Source: a virus
Taxonomy: Duplodnaviria; Caudoviricetes
Direction: 5' to 3' (one strand)
Virus record (IMG/VR): IMGVR_UViG_3300030372_002767
Location: 1-35,299 of that record
Length of the DNA stretch: 35,299 bases
Numbering within the stretch: the first letter of the stretch is position 1; each line of letters opens with the position of its first letter. The translations under genes were made by a program, and so were the position numbers. This document shows, piece by piece, positions 25,067 to 32,713 of this stretch. Under the pieces are notes generated by a model. It did no database searches and was not told the origin of the DNA. It saw only the letters and a program-made list of their open reading frames with translations.

Positions 25067-26278
25067 TTACGCACTAATGTTTTGTAGTCTTATTGCTTCA
25101 GGCAATACGACTGTGCCACCAACTCTACGTCTAGCGACATAACGTATATTTCCACTCGTTGCTTGTGAGTATGGGTCTCTCATTACTGAAAGGTTGACTC
25201 TGTCAACAATTGTGTATGCTCTACTGAAATCACCAAATGCAATTGGTTTTGCACTTGATGCTATTGAAGGCATATCAGTTGCTAAAACATAAGGGAAACC
25301 AACAATAGTGTTTGGTGCACCACTTACTAAGTTTAGTCCAACGTGGAATATTTTTTGACCTTCGCCATCTTCTAATTGAAGAACTTTAGCGAAAGTTGCT
25401 CTGCTCATGACGAACCTTGAGTTACTTAGATATTCAGATTTAATTGCATATACTAAGTCAAGTAATCCGTTAGCAGTAAGAGCCGAACCTGCACCTGAAT
25501 TGGTCGAGCCAACTCCTGCAGAACTATCGGTAAATCCTAAAGGTTGTCCAACACCACTTCCAGATACAAATGCAGTACCTTCAGCTTTGCTAAATTGCTC
25601 AGAGAATTCACTAGCCATTTCTGACTCAAGATTGAATGCACTGTCTTCTAACATAGCTTGTGATATATCAATCAATGCATATTGTTCATGTGCATCAATT
25701 GCTAACATACCAGTTGTGTAGCCTGTAGTCTCACTTCTAGTTCCAGTCTCAGTTACCCATTGAGCACTGAACTGACCAGTTCTTTTTGGAATCTCAATTC
25801 CTCTCTTTGTAGTTTGTCTAACTCTTGCAATTGAACGTATAGGAGAGACTTCAGTTACGGTCTTTATAATTTCTTCAACGTATTCACTGGGTGCATAAAA
25901 ACCACCTAATGTATCATCGGATTCATAAAGAGCTTTCTTTTCCATCTCATCTACTTCACCTTTACGAAGCCAATCACCGAATGCTTTAGTTCTTACGTCT
26001 ACATCTTCAGATTTAACACCTGATGGTCTAGCTATAACAGCTTCAAGTTTTTCGATTTTCTCTTTTGCTTCTTCAAGATTTTTTTGTTGTAGTTCTGCAG
26101 TTTGTTTCACTTCTGCAAGTGAAGCAATGTCTTCAGACATCTTGTCAACTTTCTCTTGTTGTAAAGGGTCAGCATGTCCTTTCTTTTCAATTTCTTCTAG
26201 ACGAGTTTTGTTCTCTGCTTTGAATTCTTCAAACTTCGAGCCAAGTTCATCTAAAACTTCTTTGATTTCTTCTGACAT
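25067..26278 (-). CDS. HK97-family major capsid protein with N-terminal delta (scaffold) domain
   Basis: Coiled-coil N-terminus; GG...P......I...SP.R..A; A.WV.E; E..AF.SG.G..QP.G; FGDF..AY.IVDR; RVGG. Confidence 0.96.
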   Translation of the reverse strand: MSEEIKEVLDELGSKFEEFKAENKTRLEEIEKKGHADPLQQEKVDKMSEDIASLAEVKQTAELQQKNLEEAKEKIEKLEAVIARPSGVKSEDVDVRTKAFGDWLRKGEVDEMEKKALYESDDTLGGFYAPSEYVEEIIKTVTEVSPIRSIARVRQTTKRGIEIPKRTGQFSAQWVTETGTRSETTGYTTGMLAIDAHEQYALIDISQAMLEDSAFNLESEMASEFSEQFSKAEGTAFVSGSGVGQPLGFTDSSAGVGSTNSGAGSALTANGLLDLVYAIKSEYLSNSRFVMSRATFAKVLQLEDGEGQKIFHVGLNLVSGAPNTIVGFPYVLATDMPSIASSAKPIAFGDFSRAYTIVDRVNLSVMRDPYSQATSGNIRYVARRRVGGTVVLPEAIRLQNISA

Positions 26279-26287
26279 AATTGTCCT

Positions 26288-26938
26288 CTAGTTAAGTTTG
26301 TTAATTAAATGCTTAATACTGTCGACAACTTCGCATTGCTCTTTATTAAAAGATTTATGCAGTATACTTGCACTGTGTTTTGCAACAGAATTAGACATAC
26401 CTGCATCACACAAATATTTTTCTAAATCTCTTACGTCCATTTCAGCTAATTTAACTTTCGTTATTTTAGCTTTTGGATTCATTGGAAATGTAACCATAGA
26501 AATTTCCATTAAGTCTACTTCTTTGATTACTCGTCTTTTACGTTTATCATCATATTTATATCCATCAGGGTTCATTTTATACCCAATAGACATCGCATCA
26601 AGTGCACCCATTTTCATGAGTTCATAAACTTCACGACCTTTCTGTGTACCCATTGCAAGACGACCTTTAATTTTTAGACCTTTATTGTCTTCTTCTATTG
26701 AGTCGATTACACCAATGGGTTCATCAGTTTTATGTTGATAAAGTAATTTTATTTGGTTTGGTTTTTTTTGTGTTATAGATTTTAGAAATGAACCTTTACG
26801 AATAACATCATTACCTAAATCTTTATTGTTAAAGACAGATGCATAACCTTCAAATGAACCGTCATCATCTGTTTCTATTTCTTTATACTCACACTCTACA
26901 TCTAGAATGTCTTTAATGTCTTGTAATATATTTTCCAT
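26288..26938 (-). CDS. HK97-family prohead protease
   Basis: FEGYASVFN..D...DVI..G.F; LLYQH...PIG; MSIGY; L.EIS.VTFPMN..A. Confidence 0.95.
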   Translation of the reverse strand: MENILQDIKDILDVECEYKEIETDDDGSFEGYASVFNNKDLGNDVIRKGSFLKSITQKKPNQIKLLYQHKTDEPIGVIDSIEEDNKGLKIKGRLAMGTQKGREVYELMKMGALDAMSIGYKMNPDGYKYDDKRKRRVIKEVDLMEISMVTFPMNPKAKITKVKLAEMDVRDLEKYLCDAGMSNSVAKHSASILHKSFNKEQCEVVDSIKHLINKLN

Positions 26939-26968
26939 TTAGTAATCCCTAGCAATCCATTTGACTTA

Positions 26969-26997
26969 TAATAACCCATTGCTTTTTTTTGCACAAC
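26969..26997 (-). promoter_or_regulatory. Candidate promoter for protease/capsid genes (TTGTGC-N17-TATTAT)
   Basis: Hexamers with 17-bp spacing; its TGGGTTATNAT -10 region recurs upstream of the tail fibre gene (~20159-20169). Confidence 0.45.
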
Positions 26998-27001
26998 TAA
27001 A

Positions 27002-27072
27002 TTTAGGGGGATGCTATGGTATACGAGCATAGCCAAAACGGTCGTAATCGGGCTATTAGACCCCTGTTTTTT
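27002..27072. repeat. Dispersed repeat, copy 4 (intergenic)
   Basis: TTTAGGGGGATGCTATGGTATACGAGCA..CCAAAACGGTC....GGCTATTAGACCCCTGTTTTTT. Confidence 0.88.
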
Positions 27073-27105
27073 AAAAGAAAGTGCAGTTTAAGGGGTAAAC
27101 TGCAC
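27073..27105 (-). terminator. Intrinsic terminator on the - strand
   Basis: GTGCAGTTTA-CCCCT-TAAACTGCAC perfect 10-bp stem followed by TTTCTTTT. Confidence 0.75.
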
Positions 27106-27168
27106 CATGAGGGGTCAAATATGAATGTTACTAGACTGAAAATAACCTAAATAAATTCACTTGTATAC

Positions 27169-27197
27169 TTGACAGTTTGTCATATATAGACAATAAT
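27169..27197 (+). promoter_or_regulatory. Island 2 promoter TTGACA-N17-AATAAT with TGACAGTTTGTCA operator
   Basis: 18-mer identical to 5332-5349; leader nearly identical to the island 1 leader. Confidence 0.8.
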
Positions 27198-27229
27198 GGT
27201 TATAACAAACGTTAAATAGGAGTTAAAAA

Positions 27230-27481
27230 ATGAAATTTACAAATGACGAGTTAAAAGAAGTGAACTATATACTCAGTTATTTTATGAGTAGAAAATGGAA
27301 TAAATTGATAGATGCGATTGATGCCGAGAGAAATAACCTATCAATCGAGAAAGCAAAAAAAAATCCAAATGAAGATTATATTGCTAGAATGTTAGTTGAC
27401 ATTACTGACTTGCAAAGACAAAGAAGTGTTTGGGCAAATGTTACTAAAAAAGTAAGAAAAGCATTAAACATACAAGTATAA
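27230..27481 (+). CDS. Hypothetical early protein (helical)
   Basis: TAGGAG RBS; first gene behind the promoter. Confidence 0.75.
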   Translation: MKFTNDELKEVNYILSYFMSRKWNKLIDAIDAERNNLSIEKAKKNPNEDYIARMLVDITDLQRQRSVWANVTKKVRKALNIQV

Positions 27482-27498
27482 AATATAGGAGTTAAAAC

Positions 27499-27762
27499 AT
27501 GGAAACATTATATTGGAATGATAAAAACTTAAAACAAATAACAAAACTTAGATTCATTAGCACAAAGGGATATCGTTGGTGGGATTTATCATATTGTTTA
27601 GGTATTGATTATGATGGTAAAGAAGTAAATGTATCTGTACCTTTCTGTCATATACCTAAAGGTAAGGGAAATATCAATAGACATATTCTCGATTGGGCTA
27701 AAGATGACGGAGTTTATGTAAAGGGTCTTAACATATTTAATGTTATTTCTTGCTTCCAATGA
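27499..27762 (+). CDS. Hypothetical phage protein
   Basis: TAGGAG RBS; IT.LRF.S..G...WDLSYC.G....G..V.V..PF..IPK looks like a conserved globular domain. Confidence 0.78.
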   Translation: METLYWNDKNLKQITKLRFISTKGYRWWDLSYCLGIDYDGKEVNVSVPFCHIPKGKGNINRHILDWAKDDGVYVKGLNIFNVISCFQ

Positions 27763-28001
27763 AAGTAGATAATCAAATATTTTCAGATGAACCTCTACTA
27801 GACGAATACGGTCTAGTAGAGAAGGCTATTTATGACAAAAGAGAAAAGTTTATAATAGATGAAACTTTTTACAGACGAGGTAAAATTAGATATTTAATAG
27901 AAGGTCATGATTGTCATACTGAAAAGTTGTTAGCAAAATCTGATACTGCTGAAAAGACTTTATCAGAACTTTTATCGGCTCGAGAAGATATCTATTACTA
28001 A
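27759..28001 (+). CDS. Hypothetical protein
   Basis: ATGA overlap with the upstream gene; converges on the gpF stop. Confidence 0.65.
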   Translation: MKVDNQIFSDEPLLDEYGLVEKAIYDKREKFIIDETFYRRGKIRYLIEGHDCHTEKLLAKSDTAEKTLSELLSAREDIYY

Positions 28002-28807
28002 TCCTCAACAATTGTGTCTACATCAAAGTATAATGTTTGACACCTACAATTAATTACATTCAATGCACCACCTTTCGTATCACCAGTGTACTCCATTGGA
28101 ATCTCTGCTACACCTCCTCCTGCGACTGGGGTGTATATAATAAAATCTTCATCGTACGGAATCGGTGGTCTAGTATTCATTACTTTGTGCCAATCTCTAG
28201 TTCTATCATCATTTGCTGACAACCATGATTTCTTTTTACCTTTCAAAAATAAGTTTCTAGCAACTTCATGCTGACCATAACTTAATGCACTGTGAGTTTC
28301 AGTCCTAGCAATTACTTTGGCACGTGTTCTGCTAAATGCAGTAGATGAAGATATAGCATCAGCAGTATCTATCTCAGATAATCTATCGTCTAATGATTTT
28401 TCAATTACTCTTTGTATTTTTTTCTTTGTAGTTTGAGTAACTCTTGTAACCTTCTCTGCAGTAGTAGAATTGATGTATGCACGTACAATTGGGGATATTG
28501 GTACGAATCGACCATCTTGCTCAATAATTATTTCTTCTTGCTTTAATCCTTCTTCTTGCTTCATTTTATTGCTTATTGCAGTAACAGTTAATCTGACATT
28601 TTTGTTCATTGCTTGTGATACATCCCTGTAAAAATCATCATAGTATTCTTCTGAAATAAAATTGTTGTTTAGATATTCTCTTTTTGCACGATTACTATAT
28701 CTTTGAAAAATTTTTTCTAAACTTACTCTCAATGGTTTTGATAATGACAACATCATTCTTAACATTGCTCTATAATGTTTTCTTTTACTTATTCTCTTTA
28801 TCGCCAT
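27998..28807 (-). CDS. Head morphogenesis protein (Mu gpF / SPP1 gp7-like)
   Basis: RA.VIARTET..A; K.W....D.RTR.WH; INCRC. Confidence 0.9.
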   Translation of the reverse strand: MAIKRISKRKHYRAMLRMMLSLSKPLRVSLEKIFQRYSNRAKREYLNNNFISEEYYDDFYRDVSQAMNKNVRLTVTAISNKMKQEEGLKQEEIIIEQDGRFVPISPIVRAYINSTTAEKVTRVTQTTKKKIQRVIEKSLDDRLSEIDTADAISSSTAFSRTRAKVIARTETHSALSYGQHEVARNLFLKGKKKSWLSANDDRTRDWHKVMNTRPPIPYDEDFIIYTPVAGGGVAEIPMEYTGDTKGGALNVINCRCQTLYFDVDTIVED

Positions 28808-29078
28808 ATAACAACCACTGAACTTCGTTTAATAAATCTTGTTGAGTTCCAAATGTACTGTTGAACCACTTAGGATTCAAGTGATACGACTCTTTTGATG
28901 TACGATGATGATAAGGACAAAGTGGTATTGTCTCAAAGTTAGACGAACGTTTCGACATTGTTTTATTTGATATATGATGTATCTCAGCAGGAGTTCCGAA
29001 ATATCCAATCTTGCGACATGCGATACATCCTAATTCGGCTACTCTTTTTAAATGTTTCCTTTCAGTCGTCTTCATCAC
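28785..29078 (-). CDS. HNH nuclease, Ref/DUF968-like
   Basis: VAELGCIAC.....PAEIHH......IPLCPYHH...H.....F...FG.Q..LL. Confidence 0.85.
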   Translation of the reverse strand: MMKTTERKHLKRVAELGCIACRKIGYFGTPAEIHHISNKTMSKRSSNFETIPLCPYHHRTSKESYHLNPKWFNSTFGTQQDLLNEVQWLLYGDKENK

Positions 29079-29310
29079 TCATTTCTATAAACCAAAATTC
29101 TTCAACGCAAGTTTTAAGTATAACAGAAATACCACCAATCCCCGAGTCTTTAGTCAATGCATTTGCTACCTTAAATACCTTATCGTCTTCTTCTACCAAC
29201 CATCCTATAGTTTGACATACTTCGTATTTACATTCCCTTATATCGTCTATCCATGATGCATCAGCAGTATGGTCTAACCACTCTATCATGACCAATGGAT
29301 ATGTTTTCAT
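29062..29310 (-). CDS. Hypothetical phage protein
   Basis: V.IEW.D....W.....C.TIGWLV.E pattern; coupled within the operon. Confidence 0.7.
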   Translation of the reverse strand: MKTYPLVMIEWLDHTADASWIDDIRECKYEVCQTIGWLVEEDDKVFKVANALTKDSGIGGISVILKTCVEEFWFIEMSDEDD

Positions 29311-30332
29311 ACTCTGTATCTTTTACCTCTGAAATATGCTGACCTATGAATATTACTGACTTGCACAAATTCGGGATGCACAGTTTTTTCTTTTGGGTCG
29401 ACAGTGATAACAACAAAGCCGTTATTCCAATCGTTTGCTATATTGTCCTCTAAATACGGATGATATGCTTCTGATAAATGACCTGTTTGTATTGCCATAG
29501 CAGATGAAGTGTAAGTATTAAATGTTCTATAGTTTAACTGATGTGTATGTCCTGTAACGACATGCAGTCCTGCTCTCATAGAGTTTTGATATGCAGTATG
29601 TATACCACCCCTCATACGATGTTTCAGCATCACCGTGTCGTCTAACAAGTGAGACATAGACCATGACCAATCTGGAAAAATATTTTGTATTTTGAATGAT
29701 TCAAAATCTTTGAATGCTCTACCCCAAGCCATCGCACTTTTAGATATTCTAGTTTCATGATTTCCAAACGTAGCAAGTTGCACGATAGGATACTTAGCAC
29801 CGTTAACTATCTTTTGTATTTTGTTTAATTGTTTTTGTGAATCTAATATCTCTTGTTGTACTGTACGTTCTTCGGGTCTTATCTCAGTGTGATATTTAGC
29901 GAACGTTGACAAAATAGATAAATCCATAATATCTCCATTAGCAACTAAACATTTAAGTTCTCTGTTGAATGTTAAATCTTTTAAAACTTTTAAAAGTATT
30001 TTATATGATATCGTTTCATCACCTTCAAAATGTGCATCAGAAAAAACAACCATACAGTAAGGATGTTTAGACACAGAAATAATGTTTGTTTGTGGTGGTA
30101 AGTTTGCACGTTCTGTGCGAGTTACATAATTATACTTGTTCTTATGTGGTAACAGAGTTTTACCAGTAAGTTCTTCTGCCTGTTGTCTATAGAATGTCAT
30201 CGTTCCCGAATCAGTAGACATTCCTAAATATTCAAAAACATCTTTTTGACAAGTCATCTGTGGTAAGTGCCAAGCACGTACAATCTGATGTGCAGTATTA
30301 AGTGAAATGCTAGAAGCATTTGTACTAGGCAT
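29307..30332 (-). CDS. Calcineurin-like metallophosphoesterase
   Basis: SDAH, GDIMD, GNHE, H and GHTH motifs. Confidence 0.9.
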   Translation of the reverse strand: MPSTNASSISLNTAHQIVRAWHLPQMTCQKDVFEYLGMSTDSGTMTFYRQQAEELTGKTLLPHKNKYNYVTRTERANLPPQTNIISVSKHPYCMVVFSDAHFEGDETISYKILLKVLKDLTFNRELKCLVANGDIMDLSILSTFAKYHTEIRPEERTVQQEILDSQKQLNKIQKIVNGAKYPIVQLATFGNHETRISKSAMAWGRAFKDFESFKIQNIFPDWSWSMSHLLDDTVMLKHRMRGGIHTAYQNSMRAGLHVVTGHTHQLNYRTFNTYTSSAMAIQTGHLSEAYHPYLEDNIANDWNNGFVVITVDPKEKTVHPEFVQVSNIHRSAYFRGKRYRV

Positions 30333-30340
30333 AATCTCTC

Positions 30341-32713
30341 CTAGTTAGATTTTAGAGGATGTCCAGATGGTAATAAGTCTAAATCAAATTTACCACTTCT
30401 AAACTTCCCTGTTCTAACTGCAACTAAAAACGCATTCACTCTCGCATAAGCCCAACGGTCTTCACCACCTTGTGCCCGAACTGATGGTCTGACAGAACTT
30501 GGGTTTGTTCTATATGCACCTATTCCTCTACGGAATACTGCAGATAACATTCTTAGTGTTACTCGTTTACCTTTCTTATCACCGTGTTTCTCATTATGTT
30601 TATCAACCTTTCCTTGCAATCCTTTCCTAACACTTGCTGATACTGCAGGTGCTTTTTCTTCATAGGCTTTACATTCTTCGTAAGTTTGTTCTTCACATTC
30701 AAAGTCATCATAAGATTTATCACGTTCTCTCATTATTTGATTTCTTTTTGTTTTAGCAAATGAGAATCCTGCATCACCTCCCCACAGTGCCCACGCAATT
30801 CTACCTGCACTTGGGTACCCGTCTTCACCTCTATCGAATCCTTGACCTTGTTTGTCAACTTCATGTCTTGAGAAAAATGAGTACATTCTTAAAACTGTGT
30901 TCGGTGATAATCTTGTTTTGTTTGCTATGTCTCTTGCTCTTGCTACACCCACTGCAGTTCCACCTCTGTTAAATTCTTTTCTCCATTCTAATCCACGTCT
31001 AGCTTCGGATGCCATCGCATCTGTAGGAGTTAAGTTTAAATCTTCAAGTGCTTTTTTGTCTTTGCTTCTTTGTAATGCTTCCTCCCAATCTCTGTGATTC
31101 CGACAAGGCATGTATATCGTTACACCATCTTTTTCATGAGTATGAGTTCCTACACAACCAATTTCTTCTGCTCTATCTATTGCTTCTTCTTCTGTAGTGT
31201 ACTCATCGAAACCTACACGTTCTTTAGTTCCTTTAATTAGATTCACATAATCATCGTGTGATGTACAAGGCATGTAAACGGTTCTCCCATCTTCTTCATG
31301 AGTATGTGTTCCAGTGCATCCTATTTGTTCTGCTCTGTCCTCTGCTTCTTCTCTAGTTGTATAAGTATCAAGTGCTACTTGTGTTTTAGTTTCACCGTAT
31401 GCTAAATCATAAAGTTTTTGATTACCTTCTGAATCAACTGGTTTATCATTATCTTCGGGAGATACTTGTTCTTCTGCTTCTCCAATTGGAAATAAGTTTG
31501 ATGGTATATATAAATCATCAGCACCATCGATTGGGTCTAGTCCTAGTTTTTCTCTAGCTTCATTCCTAGTAATGATTCCTGCATTAACTGCACTCTCTAC
31601 ATTACTAAAAGTTTGTTTTGTCTTTTCTGCCATAGCAGGTATAGAATTTATATCATATCTAATTTGAATGTTGCCTGAGTATAGTGGTGATAAGTATTCG
31701 TTTAAATCTGATTCAACACGTTTGAGTAAAGGTATAACTGTTTCTTCATACAATGCTAGTTTAGCAGTCTCCATGTTTGAGTATGTGTTTGCTTCGGGTA
31801 TGCCTATAAGTTGTGCAGGTACACCAAAGCATAATGCAATTTCTCTTGCTGATAAATTTAACAGTTCTAGAAAATCCATGTCTTTAGGATTTAAACCAAG
31901 TTGTTGATAAGTAAAGTTACCTTCTAACAACATCGGTCTACCAGAGTTATGACTTCCTTGAAATCTAAATTCTAAATCTTCTAATAGCCTTGCTCTTTGC
32001 TCATCCGTGAGACTCGCACTCATCCCTGTCTCATCAGTTGGCTCAAACTTGAGCATACCTGACGGTGTGCAACCATTTTTTAAAAGAGCAACATTATGTA
32101 ATCCTGCAAGGTTATGTTGGTCGATGTTATATGCACTTGCCATAATAGGAGACAACCCGTAAAAATCATCTAGTGGAGACCATAACTTAGTTTGTTTAAT
32201 TTGAGACATACCTGTCGTTGCATCTACTGGATATGATTTGACTACACGTCCGTCTATACAGTAATCGTATGAAAGTGGAACGACAGACTCTCCACTAATT
32301 ATTTTTATTCTATCGGGTCTTAATAAATATAATTCTTTTGCAGGTCTTAGTGCATCTGAATCTCTTAAAATATAGTTATTCCCTGATATCATGAGATACG
32401 AATACAATGAGTTGAAAAATTCTACTCCTGACTGTAAAGGGTTGGGTCTCTCAAGCAATGATATTAACTCATGGTTATCGAGCAGATTATCTCCATCATA
32501 AACATCTATCTTTACTGCTGATGCTGAGTTACTAATTAATTGAATACATCTATGACATATTGCATTTTCTTCGTATGCTTCCTTTGCTATCTCTTTATAT
32601 TTTCTAGAAGACTTGGATGAGTATGCACTTAGTTTACTAAACATTACTTTTGGTGCTTCTTTTTTTTGTAGTGGTTCTTTTTGTGTTTTAAAAAATTTGT
32701 CAAATATACCCAT
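30341..32713 (-). CDS. HK97-family portal protein with long multidomain C-terminal extension
   Basis: LL.RPNP.Q, GN.Y, LRPDR, YGLSP, P.DMDF.E....REIA..FGVP, Y.N.E, IT.NEAR..LGL.P..G.D; ~380 further residues. Confidence 0.93.
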   Translation of the reverse strand: MGIFDKFFKTQKEPLQKKEAPKVMFSKLSAYSSKSSRKYKEIAKEAYEENAICHRCIQLISNSASAVKIDVYDGDNLLDNHELISLLERPNPLQSGVEFFNSLYSYLMISGNNYILRDSDALRPAKELYLLRPDRIKIISGESVVPLSYDYCIDGRVVKSYPVDATTGMSQIKQTKLWSPLDDFYGLSPIMASAYNIDQHNLAGLHNVALLKNGCTPSGMLKFEPTDETGMSASLTDEQRARLLEDLEFRFQGSHNSGRPMLLEGNFTYQQLGLNPKDMDFLELLNLSAREIALCFGVPAQLIGIPEANTYSNMETAKLALYEETVIPLLKRVESDLNEYLSPLYSGNIQIRYDINSIPAMAEKTKQTFSNVESAVNAGIITRNEAREKLGLDPIDGADDLYIPSNLFPIGEAEEQVSPEDNDKPVDSEGNQKLYDLAYGETKTQVALDTYTTREEAEDRAEQIGCTGTHTHEEDGRTVYMPCTSHDDYVNLIKGTKERVGFDEYTTEEEAIDRAEEIGCVGTHTHEKDGVTIYMPCRNHRDWEEALQRSKDKKALEDLNLTPTDAMASEARRGLEWRKEFNRGGTAVGVARARDIANKTRLSPNTVLRMYSFFSRHEVDKQGQGFDRGEDGYPSAGRIAWALWGGDAGFSFAKTKRNQIMRERDKSYDDFECEEQTYEECKAYEEKAPAVSASVRKGLQGKVDKHNEKHGDKKGKRVTLRMLSAVFRRGIGAYRTNPSSVRPSVRAQGGEDRWAYARVNAFLVAVRTGKFRSGKFDLDLLPSGHPLKSN

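Noticed and set aside
15170-27072. Dispersed repeats as CRISPR repeats, att sites or IS ends
   Set aside because: Kilobases apart, degenerate, no spacers; no cas, integrase or transposase genes; not inverted
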